In this document: positions 27,400 to 35,595 of the stretch, piece after piece | How positions within the stretch are numbered: the first letter of the stretch is position 1 | Layout of the letters: every line of letters begins with the position of its first letter | From: Candidatus Giovannonibacteria bacterium RIFCSPHIGHO2_12_FULL_44_22 | GTDB taxonomy: Bacteria; Patescibacteriota; Minisyncoccia; UBA11713; 2-01-FULL-45-33 | DNA: 64,000 bases | Assembly: GCA_001778695.1 (NCBI GenBank) | Contig: MFHU01000003.1 | Location: 1,521-65,520 of the forward strand | Direction: 5' to 3' | The notes under the pieces: model-generated | Seen by the model: the letters and a program-made list of their open reading frames with translations, nothing else | Told to the model about the DNA's origin: nothing | Databases searched by the model: none | Made by a program: the position numbers and the translations under genes

Positions 27400-29459
27400 G
27401 ATTCTGTCATCAGCATAGTCCTGTTAAATTTTTGCCAGACGGTTTCGGTGATGAATGGCATGAAGGGGTGCAAAAGTTTTAAAGATTCTTTTAAGGCGCG
27501 CGCCAAAACTTCCGGGTTTGGATTTTTTTTGGATTCCTCCAGATAAATATCGCAAAAATCGTGCCAGAAAAATTCGTAAAGAATATGGAGCGCTTTCCCG
27601 AAATCGTATTTTTCTATAAGTTTATTAACTTGTTTTTGCGTTTTTCGGAGCCTTACAATAATTTTTTTGTCAGCTACAGTTTTCCCGCCCAGGAAGAAGT
27701 CCGACTTCTTTTGGGATCCGAAGTCGGACTTCGAGGATGGTGGACATTGCCCTAAAACAAATCTCGCAGCGTTCCAAATTTTGTTGCAAAACTTTTTTCC
27801 GGCCATCACGTGTTCTTCAGACCATTTTATATCTTGCCCGCCCATGGCTTGCCAGATAAGCCCGAAACGCGTCGCGTCGGCGCCGTATTTATTTATCAGA
27901 TCCATCGGGTCAATTCCCGTGCCTAAAGATTTGGACATTCTCTCTCCGGATTTTGCTAAAATTGTGGCATGAATGATCACATCAGAAAAAGGCACATAGC
28001 CCAAAAATTCTTCGGATGAAAAAACCATCCGTGCCACCCAAAGATTGATGATATCGCGCGCGGTGGAAAGAACCTGCGTCGGATAATAATTTTTTAAATC
28101 TGCGGAATTTTCTGGCCATCCCAAAATCGCGAACGGCCAAAGGGCGGAAGAAAACCAGGTGTCCAAAACATCGTCAACTCCTTCAATCGGAATTTTGTGC
28201 CCCCACCAGATTTGGCGGGAAATGCACCAATCTCTGACATTTTTTAACCAATCAAAATAAATTTTTTCCCAGCGCTTGGGATGAAATTTTATTTTGCCCT
28301 TTTTGACATCTTGAATCGCTAGCTTGGCGAGCTCTTCCATTTTTAAAAACCATTGTTTACTTCTTAAGGGCTCAATGGCTGTGCCACATCGATAACATTT
28401 GGCTACATTATGCGAATAATCTTCTATTTTTTCTATCAGGCCGAGCTTTTCTAATTTTTTCACAACCTTTTCCCGGGCTTCCAAAATTTTAAGCCCATCA
28501 AATTCTGCGCCGGCTTCTTTTGTCATTCGCCCCTTTTCATTAATAACTTGGATGACAGGCAGTTTGTGGGTAATTGCGATTTGTTCGTCTAGCATATCGT
28601 GCGCGGGAGTAATTTTCACAGCGCCAGTCCCGAAATCTATCTCTATTCTCCTATCGGATACAATCGGGATCTCTTTATTTTGAATTGGTAGAATAACTTT
28701 TTTGCTAATTAAGCTTTTATATTTTTTATCTTTGGGGTTTACCGCCACGGCGGTATCTCCCAGCATAGTTTCAGGTCTTGTCGTAGCAATAATGATGAAT
28801 TTATTTTTTTCTTCCGCCAACAGATATTTAATAAACCAAAGTTTCCCTTTTTCTTCATAATATTCCAATTCCAAATCGGAAAGTGACGTTTGGCATCTTA
28901 CACACCAGTTGATAACGCGCTCGCCTTGGTAAATCCAACTCTTTTTTTGGTAATGCAAAAAAGCGGTTTTCACAGCTTCTTGGTACTCCGGGTCCATAGT
29001 AAAGCGGGTTCTAGACCAATCGCAGCTTGCCCCCAGTTTTTTTAATTGGTCTAAAATGATGTTTCCGTATTTCTCTTTCCACTCCCAAACTTTTTCCAAA
29101 AATTTTTTCCGTCCCAAGTCGTGCCGGCTCACGCCTTGTTTTTTTAAATCTTTTTCAACAACATTTTGCGTGGCGATTCCGGCGTGGTCCGTCCCCGGAA
29201 TCCAAAGGACGCGGTAGCCCTCCATCCTTTTTTTACGGATTAAAATATCTTGGATGGCAGCGTTCAGTGCGTGCCCCATGTGCAATGACCCCGTAATGTT
29301 CGGTGGCGGCAAAGCGATAGTGAAAGTTTTATTTTTATTTGGATTTTCAGCCTGAGGCTGATGCGCCTCGGACGCAAAAAAACCGCTCTTTTCCCAGAGC
29401 TTATATATTTTATCTTCATGTTCTTTCGGGTTATACGGCTTATCAAAATCGGAAAGCAT
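27387..29459 (-). CDS. valS: Valine--tRNA ligase (compact form lacking the C-terminal coiled coil)
   Basis: PPPNITGSLHMGHA, DWCISRQIWWGH, DTWFSSALWP and RMSKS motifs. Confidence 0.97.
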   Translation of the reverse strand: MLSDFDKPYNPKEHEDKIYKLWEKSGFFASEAHQPQAENPNKNKTFTIALPPPNITGSLHMGHALNAAIQDILIRKKRMEGYRVLWIPGTDHAGIATQNVVEKDLKKQGVSRHDLGRKKFLEKVWEWKEKYGNIILDQLKKLGASCDWSRTRFTMDPEYQEAVKTAFLHYQKKSWIYQGERVINWCVRCQTSLSDLELEYYEEKGKLWFIKYLLAEEKNKFIIIATTRPETMLGDTAVAVNPKDKKYKSLISKKVILPIQNKEIPIVSDRRIEIDFGTGAVKITPAHDMLDEQIAITHKLPVIQVINEKGRMTKEAGAEFDGLKILEAREKVVKKLEKLGLIEKIEDYSHNVAKCYRCGTAIEPLRSKQWFLKMEELAKLAIQDVKKGKIKFHPKRWEKIYFDWLKNVRDWCISRQIWWGHKIPIEGVDDVLDTWFSSALWPFAILGWPENSADLKNYYPTQVLSTARDIINLWVARMVFSSEEFLGYVPFSDVIIHATILAKSGERMSKSLGTGIDPMDLINKYGADATRFGLIWQAMGGQDIKWSEEHVMAGKKFCNKIWNAARFVLGQCPPSSKSDFGSQKKSDFFLGGKTVADKKIIVRLRKTQKQVNKLIEKYDFGKALHILYEFFWHDFCDIYLEESKKNPNPEVLARALKESLKLLHPFMPFITETVWQKFNRTMLMTESWIS
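27696..27732. repeat. Family-B palindrome pair in valS
   Basis: GAAGTCCGACTTC-11 nt-GAAGTCGGACTTC. Confidence 0.8.
29347..29376. repeat. Family-C twin 15-bp hairpin insert in valS
   Basis: TCAGCC-TGA-GGCTGA plus TGCGCC-TCG-GACGCA; adds ASEAHQPQAE. Confidence 0.78.
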
Positions 29460-29471
29460 AATCTAAAATTA

Positions 29472-30509
29472 TCATAATTTTAGATTTCCGTCAGCTCTGA
29501 TAGTTTTGGGATTTTTTGAGAATTTTTTAGCTTTGAAACGATAATATCCCGCCACGGCGATCATCGCGGCATTATCGCCGCAAAGCCAGAGAGGGGAGAT
29601 ATAAAGCGAGATTTTGGGGAATGATTTTTTGATCATATTTTCCAAAGCCGAGCGGAGTTTTTTGTTTGCGGCAACGCCTCCGCCGACAACTAACGATTTT
29701 GATTTATATTTTCGCAAAGCATCGCCGGTTTTTTTAACCAAAACATCAACCACGGCTTGCTGAAATTCGTTGGCTACGGCTGATTTATCGGCGTTGGGGT
29801 TATCCCGAAGATAATAAAGAACGGCGGTTTTGAGTCCTGAAAAACTAAAATCAAAATCACTGGAATTAATCATCGGGCGAGGAAATAATCCCTTACCCGA
29901 GGTTTTCAATCTCTCCGCCAATTTTGAAATCAAAGGCCCGCCCGGGTAGCCAAGCTTCAACATTCTCGCTACTTTATCAAATGCTTCGCCGGTGGCGTCG
30001 TCTCTAGTTTCTCCCAAAATTTTATAATCTAGATGTTTTTTCATTAAAACCAATTCCGTATGCCCGCCGGAGACGATTAGGGCAATAAGCGGAAATTGAG
30101 GAGATATGCGTCGGAGCCAGCTCGCATAAATATGCCCTTCCAAATGATTTACCGGGACCAGCGGAACACGCCATTTTTTTGCCAAGTCCTTCGCAAAATT
30201 GATTCCCTCCCAAAGCGCCGGCTCCAAGCCTGGGCCCGAGGTTACGGCTATCGCGTTGAACTTAGACGTCCGACGTCCAAGTGGACGTCGGACGTCTTTC
30301 ATAACCCGCGCGAGAATTATCGGCAGATTTTTTCTGTGTTCTCTCATCGCCAAATTTGGCACTACTCCTCCGAATGGCTTATGTATTTTTATCTGCGACA
30401 AAACTTGATTGGAAAGCAAATTAAACTTAGGTGAATTTTGTTTTTCGCTTATTTCCAAAACCGCGATTGCCGTCTCATCGCAGGATGTCTCAATAGCTAG
30501 GATTTTCAT
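29472..30509 (-). CDS. tsaD: tRNA N6-adenosine threonylcarbamoyltransferase
   Basis: IETSCDET, GGVVP, NHLEGH, VSGGHT, GEAFDK, FSFSGLKT and DNAAMIA motifs. Confidence 0.97.
   Translation of the reverse strand: MKILAIETSCDETAIAVLEISEKQNSPKFNLLSNQVLSQIKIHKPFGGVVPNLAMREHRKNLPIILARVMKDVRRPLGRRTSKFNAIAVTSGPGLEPALWEGINFAKDLAKKWRVPLVPVNHLEGHIYASWLRRISPQFPLIALIVSGGHTELVLMKKHLDYKILGETRDDATGEAFDKVARMLKLGYPGGPLISKLAERLKTSGKGLFPRPMINSSDFDFSFSGLKTAVLYYLRDNPNADKSAVANEFQQAVVDVLVKKTGDALRKYKSKSLVVGGGVAANKKLRSALENMIKKSFPKISLYISPLWLCGDNAAMIAVAGYYRFKAKKFSKNPKTIRADGNLKL
30264..30297. repeat. Family-B palindrome in tsaD
   Basis: AGACGTCCGACGTCCA-AG-TGGACGTCGGACGTCT. Confidence 0.85.
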
Positions 30510-30554
30510 AACGTATAATTGATTTTACGGCTATTTGTTGTAAAATCAATGCGA

Positions 30555-30628
30555 GGCCCTATCGTCTAGCCTGGTTAGGACACCACGCTTTCAATGTGGG
30601 AACACGGGTTCGAATCCCGTTGGGGCCA
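30555..30628 (+). tRNA. tRNA-Glu(TTC)
   Basis: GGCCCTA...TGGGGCC-A; anticodon loop CTTTCAA. Confidence 0.93.
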
Positions 30629-30634
30629 AAAATT

Positions 30635-31294
30635 ATGGAAATTATTTACGAAGATAAAAATCTTATCGCCCTAAATAAACCGGCTGGGGCGAATTTTGAT
30701 TGGGCACTGAAGGAAAAGCCAGAACTTTTGCCCATCCATAGATTGGATAAAGACACTTCCGGGATTATTCTTTTCGCGAAGAGCGAAAAGACGCAAGAGT
30801 ATTTGAGAGAACTTTTTAAAAATCATAAAATCAAAAAAACTTACAAGGCGCTGGTTGTTGGAAATATAAAAAATAATACGGGAGTGATCGATTTAGCAAT
30901 CGGACGCTCCAAAAAAACTCCACTAAAGCGTGTGGCGATAGGAGAGCAACGCGGAAAAATTCGCGAAGCAATAACGGAGTACAAAGTGCTGAAAAGATTT
31001 AACGGACGTCCGACGTCCACTTGGACGTCGGACGTCCAAGTGGGATTCACGCTTATTGAAGCTTATCCAAAAACTGGTCGCACCCATCAAATTCGTTCGC
31101 ATTTTTCCGCGATCGGGCATCCGATAGTTTGCGACAAGCTTTATGCTGGAAAAAAGTTTATCTGCCCCGCCGGGCTTACTCGTCAATTCCTGCACGCCTA
31201 TGCCATAGAATTTAATTTACAAAACGGCTCTCGATTAAGGCTCGAGGCCGATTTGCCGGAGGATTTGAAAAAAGTTTTAGATATGTTATCTTAA
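30635..31294 (+). CDS. RluA/RluD-family pseudouridine synthase
   Basis: NKPAG, HRLDKDTSG, TGRTHQIR, GHPIVCD and FLHA motifs. Confidence 0.95.
   Translation: MEIIYEDKNLIALNKPAGANFDWALKEKPELLPIHRLDKDTSGIILFAKSEKTQEYLRELFKNHKIKKTYKALVVGNIKNNTGVIDLAIGRSKKTPLKRVAIGEQRGKIREAITEYKVLKRFNGRPTSTWTSDVQVGFTLIEAYPKTGRTHQIRSHFSAIGHPIVCDKLYAGKKFICPAGLTRQFLHAYAIEFNLQNGSRLRLEADLPEDLKKVLDMLS
31004..31042. repeat. Family-B palindrome in the pseudouridine synthase gene
   Basis: GGACGTCCGACGTCCACTTGGACGTCGGACGTCCAAGTG, 39 bp, in frame. Confidence 0.85.
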
Positions 31295-31300
31295 TTCATT

Positions 31301-31753
31301 ATGCCATCGCTAAATTTAATACATTCGCCAGTGGATATTGAAGCTAGAAAAAAGCTTTCTTTTCGGGCCGGAGACACTATTCGCGTCACCCAAAAAGTGA
31401 AGGAGGGCGACCCGTCTCGCAAAGGCGGAGCCGAGGCGGAAAAGACACGCCTCCAAGCCTTTGAGGGGATAGTGCTCGCCAGAAAACATGGCTATGAGCC
31501 GGGTGCTACTTTTACCATGCGCAAAGTTTTGGACGGAATCGGCGTGGAGCGAGTTTTTCCATTGTATTCCCCGGATATTGATAAAATAGAAATCAAATCC
31601 AAGACGAAATTCAAACGGGCCAAGCTTTATTATGTCCGCGACCGCGCCGCCAGAGAAATCAGAAAAAAAATGAAGCAAACCCGTTTTGACCCTCGGCTGG
31701 ATTCGGCCCGACAGACCACCCAACCTCCGCAGGTTGAAGTATCTTCACAATAA
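31301..31753 (+). CDS. rplS: 50S ribosomal protein L19
   Basis: FRAGDTIRV...RLQAFEGIV...GIGVERVFPLYSP...RAKLYYVR. Confidence 0.96.
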   Translation: MPSLNLIHSPVDIEARKKLSFRAGDTIRVTQKVKEGDPSRKGGAEAEKTRLQAFEGIVLARKHGYEPGATFTMRKVLDGIGVERVFPLYSPDIDKIEIKSKTKFKRAKLYYVRDRAAREIRKKMKQTRFDPRLDSARQTTQPPQVEVSSQ

Positions 31754-31758
31754 AATAC

Positions 31759-31842
31759 GCCCAGGTGGAGGAACTGGCAGACTCGCAGGCTTGAGGTGCC
31801 TGTGGCCGCAAGGCCGTGGGGGTTCAAATCCCCCCTTGGGCA
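31759..31842 (+). tRNA. tRNA-Leu(GAG)
   Basis: Long variable arm; CAGGC-TTGAGGT-GCCTG. Confidence 0.93.
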
Positions 31843-31934
31843 AAAACGAAATAATTTGACTTGTCGGCGTTTTTTGCTAAGATTAAAGCGCAAGGCCGAG
31901 TTTTATAATTAACATTGCTAAATATTTCAATTTT

Positions 31935-32183
31935 ATGGAAAAAGAAATCGGCAAAATCACCCATTGGTACGATAAATTGGGTGTGGCCGTGTTGGATCTG
32001 AAGGGCTCGCTGAAAGTGGGGAATATCGTGAAAGTGCGGAAAGGCGCCGAAGAATTTGAAGACACAATCGTTTCCATGCAGATTGACCACAAAAACGTTT
32101 CCTCCGCCAAAAAAGGCGACGAGGTGGCTGTGAAATTTTCCCAAAAAACCAAAGAGGGCGCGGTGATTTATAAGGTGGAGTAA
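31935..32183 (+). CDS. Small beta-barrel protein (U32 peptidase C-terminal / EF-Tu domain-II-like)
   Basis: IGKITHWYDKLGVAV...SMQIDH...AKKGDEVAVK. Confidence 0.8.
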   Translation: MEKEIGKITHWYDKLGVAVLDLKGSLKVGNIVKVRKGAEEFEDTIVSMQIDHKNVSSAKKGDEVAVKFSQKTKEGAVIYKVE

Positions 32184-32188
32184 TAGTT

Positions 32189-32263
32189 GGTGCCTATAGC
32201 TTAGTGGTAAAGCACCGCTCTGTGGCAGCGGTAACGAGGGTTCGATCCCCTCTAGGCACCCCA
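32189..32263 (+). tRNA. tRNA-His(GTG), island integration site
   Basis: G-1, GTGCCTA...TAGGCAC-C-CCA; CCGCT-CTGTGGC-AGCGG. Confidence 0.95.
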
Positions 32264-33865
32264 TCGTGCACGAATGGATGCGAAAGCGTCCATTTTTGCT
32301 TGTGCTGTAAGGGTTTTCTCCAGTTCTAACCTTTTATATTCTTGCTCCAGTGCCGGATAGCCATTATTGATGGGTTGAAACCATTCATTCGGCTCAATAA
32401 AGAGCTTTTCGCCTTGTATTATCGGGGTTTTTCCAAGCGCTAGTAAAATTTCCTTTTGCAGTTCTAACCTTCCTTTCGCTTTTGCCTTAAGAAACTCCGC
32501 ACGGGCGTAAGTTGCGAAATGAAATGTCTTTTCCGTAAGCTCCAGCCATTTATCTGCTCTGCTCTCGGTTTCCCTTAGTTTGCTTTTCATATCGCTTATT
32601 TTGGCTTTAAGCTCGCTTTTTTCTTTGAGGTAAGCCTCATCATCAATAAGTTTGCGGTATCGCATTTTGGTAAGCTCATCTAAATTCGCCTGTGCTTCGG
32701 TTAAAGCCTTGTGGCGAGCTTCGTAAATTTTAGTTCGGTCTTCAATCTCGGTATCATTCTTGCTGTTTAGTCCTTCCAAAGCCCATTCCAAGAACTTCGG
32801 CAAAATAGTGTATTTGTCTATTTCTTGCTTAATTTGCGATTCTAAATTATCTGCCGGTATGTTTTTTATCTGCGGACACTTAAAATCCTTTTTTCTTTTG
32901 GTGCAATGGTAATACGTAAAGGTTTTTGCTTCGCTGGTCTTCTTTATAATTTTAGTATGGCTTTCTGCTGTGTAGAGGCATCCGCATTTCCCGCACCTAA
33001 TCGCTCCAGTAAATGCGAAATTATGCGTTTTGGGTCTAGGTTTGCCACTTTTGCCGAGTATGACTTGCACTTGGTCAAATTCTTCAAGAGAAATCATCGG
33101 TTCGTGCTTGCCTTGATATTGTGAGCCGTCTTTTCGCGCTATAAGCCCTGCGTAAAAAGAATTATTGAAAATTTTGTATATTCCGCTTTGGGAAAGCACG
33201 TTATCACTACTCTTTTTGATTTTTCGTGTCCTAAAACCCCATTCGCTAGTGGCAATTCCCAAAACTTTCATTGCGGAGTAATGACCAGTTAACATCAAAC
33301 TCCACATTTTCTTTACCAAGTTAAATCGCTCTGGGTCTTTGATAATGGTATGGTTAATTTTGTCGTTTAAGTATCCAAGCGGTGCTAGGCTCGGTAGCCA
33401 CCCTTTTTCTAGCTTGCTTTGTAAGCCTCGCTTAGTGTTCTTACTTAAATCCAAAATAAATTGGTTGGCCACGCCGGTCTCAACGCTGAATATCAAGACA
33501 TTGTCTTCCGGCACATACTCTCGGTCTATGGTGCGGATGGATTTTAATATGCCTTGCTGGAGCATCCAGCTTAAGTTCCCGCTATCAATAGGATTGCGGG
33601 ACAAGCGGTTAATTTGCCAGCACAAAATACCTTCTGCCTCACCGCTTTTAATTTTATTTAACACCTCGTCAAATACAGGGCGGTTGTCAGGTTGCTTGGC
33701 TGACTTTGCTTCCGTATAGATTTTTACAATATGCAAATTTAAGTCCTTGGCTAACTGCTTTAGCCGGTTTACTTGGTCATCAATGGACTGCACCTGCCGG
33801 TCTTCGCTTTCCGACGACTTCCTTGCGTATAAAAAGTATTTAATTTTTGGTTTATCTTGATTCAT
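32252..33865 (-). CDS. Large serine recombinase (resolvase, recombinase and zinc-ribbon domains)
   Basis: YARKSSE (catalytic Ser), SAK...RPVF, NRLSRN, CGKCG...YYHC...C, coiled coil; stop codon lies inside antisense tRNA-His. Confidence 0.95.
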   Translation of the reverse strand: MNQDKPKIKYFLYARKSSESEDRQVQSIDDQVNRLKQLAKDLNLHIVKIYTEAKSAKQPDNRPVFDEVLNKIKSGEAEGILCWQINRLSRNPIDSGNLSWMLQQGILKSIRTIDREYVPEDNVLIFSVETGVANQFILDLSKNTKRGLQSKLEKGWLPSLAPLGYLNDKINHTIIKDPERFNLVKKMWSLMLTGHYSAMKVLGIATSEWGFRTRKIKKSSDNVLSQSGIYKIFNNSFYAGLIARKDGSQYQGKHEPMISLEEFDQVQVILGKSGKPRPKTHNFAFTGAIRCGKCGCLYTAESHTKIIKKTSEAKTFTYYHCTKRKKDFKCPQIKNIPADNLESQIKQEIDKYTILPKFLEWALEGLNSKNDTEIEDRTKIYEARHKALTEAQANLDELTKMRYRKLIDDEAYLKEKSELKAKISDMKSKLRETESRADKWLELTEKTFHFATYARAEFLKAKAKGRLELQKEILLALGKTPIIQGEKLFIEPNEWFQPINNGYPALEQEYKRLELEKTLTAQAKMDAFASIRARWGA

Positions 33866-33997
33866 AAAAACTTGAAGGGACGGTCTGGTTCACCCAATCA
33901 CTTGCTCCGAAGAGTAGCCTACTGGCAGACCGCCCCTTAAAGGACAGTAAGCAATAAAAAATCTTCGGACATTTATTGTGATTAAAGGTGAACATTA

Positions 33998-35224
33998 TCA
34001 TTGTATATTGTCTTTTTTGTCCTTGCAAGTGGATAAATACTCTAACGAGATTGGCTCAAATTTTTGCAACTCTTGGCCTATGTATAGTGTTCCATCCGAG
34101 AGCGGCAAATCGTTGGCCAGTTTTTGTGCCGTAGCCAACTTTTCATCCAAGCGGCTATCTGATTTTTTAGACCACACCTTGCCCATTTCTTTGCGGAGTG
34201 TTTTTGCCCCGTGTTTTTTTATAATTGAAGCAAGGGCGTAGCTGATAAGTGCCTTATTATAGCTATGGACGCTTTGCTCTTTCTCTTTTGCTCTTTTCAA
34301 AATGTGAAGTAATAAATCTATATCGCCGTTTGAGTTTAATAATGCAATTTGATTTTCTGGTTTAGCAAGTATTCTTTGCCACGATGCATTCAAAATGTCT
34401 TTCCACAAATTTTCGGTAAATAAATCGGAAAGTTTTACAGGCGTGGCATAGGGTCTTTTAAGAAATCGGTTAACTTCACTCCTAATGGTCTGCGCCTTAT
34501 TTAGACGATATTCGTATCTGAAAACCTCCGTATTTTGTAAATTATAAAGTTCAATGACTTCTTTTTCATATGCCGTTTTTTGTTTTTCCAAACTTTTACC
34601 GCTTGGCCGGAGCATTTCTTGTATTTTATCGTAAAAAGCCCATTCTCTAGTTCCGCAAAAAAGATGGAGCGTTTCGTTTTCGTTTTGGTTTTTGCTTCGT
34701 ATGTCCTTTGTATTTCCATACGCCTTGCCAATATCTACGCGCGACAACTCTGCTAATATGGGGCGCAACGGACGGTCTGCGGGCAGTGGTATATTTTTAC
34801 AAAAATGCACCACGGATACAGAAGCATCGGCAATGGTTTGCGAAGTGATGTATATACCAATCTCTGGCAAGCGTTCCATCAGCGTAGTTAACAATTTGTG
34901 GTAGTCGCTCGGTAGGGCTTCCTGTAGGCTGTTTTCGTTTATCAGCTTTGGCGCAGAGAACTTTAATTTCATATCGTAATATATGCTTCTGCTTCGGTTG
35001 TCTGCGTTTTCGTATATTTCAACCCCCGGGTAAGTTAGACCATTATCTATGTCGGCGTGTAGAACAAAACTCCGCAGGTAGGGGACTTTTTTATTGTCTG
35101 CTCGCTTTCGGTCTTTTGGTGTCAAATCCGCGTAAGGTCTGGTGGAAAATTCGTGATTAAACATAGCCCAGTCTGCTACTCGGAATTTATCTATGCCGCG
35201 AATGCGAATTATGACTGTATCCAT
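33998..35224 (-). CDS. Putative rolling-circle replication initiator (phage/plasmid gene II/X, Rep_trans-like)
   Basis: FSAPKL..ENSL, VSVVHFCKN, FYDKIQE and FRYEYRL motifs in the order seen in that family. Confidence 0.6.
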   Translation of the reverse strand: MDTVIIRIRGIDKFRVADWAMFNHEFSTRPYADLTPKDRKRADNKKVPYLRSFVLHADIDNGLTYPGVEIYENADNRSRSIYYDMKLKFSAPKLINENSLQEALPSDYHKLLTTLMERLPEIGIYITSQTIADASVSVVHFCKNIPLPADRPLRPILAELSRVDIGKAYGNTKDIRSKNQNENETLHLFCGTREWAFYDKIQEMLRPSGKSLEKQKTAYEKEVIELYNLQNTEVFRYEYRLNKAQTIRSEVNRFLKRPYATPVKLSDLFTENLWKDILNASWQRILAKPENQIALLNSNGDIDLLLHILKRAKEKEQSVHSYNKALISYALASIIKKHGAKTLRKEMGKVWSKKSDSRLDEKLATAQKLANDLPLSDGTLYIGQELQKFEPISLEYLSTCKDKKDNIQ

Positions 35225-35229
35225 ATTTA

Positions 35230-35454
35230 TTAAATTATTTTGTTGTCCTTAAATTTCTTGGAATCCTTCTGCGGTGTTTCTTGGCGGTCTCTTTGCACCG
35301 CTTCGTATTCTTCTTGGGTTATCGGCTTATAAACCAGCTCAACTAGACGCATCAGCTTAATCCCTTTTTCAAGGGCTTCTTTCCGGCTGATTTCTTTTCC
35401 GAATTGCTCTTTATAGAGCGTTTGGAATTTGGTTATCTGTGCGTCTGACAGCAT
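35230..35454 (-). CDS. Small hypothetical protein
   Basis: MLSDAQITKFQTLYKEQFGKEIS..., ATG 35454, tightly linked to the Rep-like gene. Confidence 0.7.
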   Translation of the reverse strand: MLSDAQITKFQTLYKEQFGKEISRKEALEKGIKLMRLVELVYKPITQEEYEAVQRDRQETPQKDSKKFKDNKII

Positions 35455-35595
35455 ATACAGCCATTCTAAAAAACCCTCTAAGCCAAAAAGAGCCAGAGGG
35501 TTTGAGAGGGTTTTTGGGCATTCAGACACAAAAAATAAAAGGGCTTTTTGTCAGCCCCTCAATACCGAAACAAGCTGTTGTCCAAAATTTACTCT

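Noticed and set aside
27387-29459. valS as a truncated pseudogene
   Set aside because: All catalytic motifs are intact in one frame; the missing parts fit a compact enzyme.
30264-31042. CRISPR-like palindromic repeats
   Set aside because: Copies are dispersed inside genes, with no regular spacers and no cas genes in the window.
31824-32264. ORFs overlapping tRNA genes (also 5188-5471, 56491-56835, 59448-59844)
   Set aside because: They are translations of tRNA sequences.
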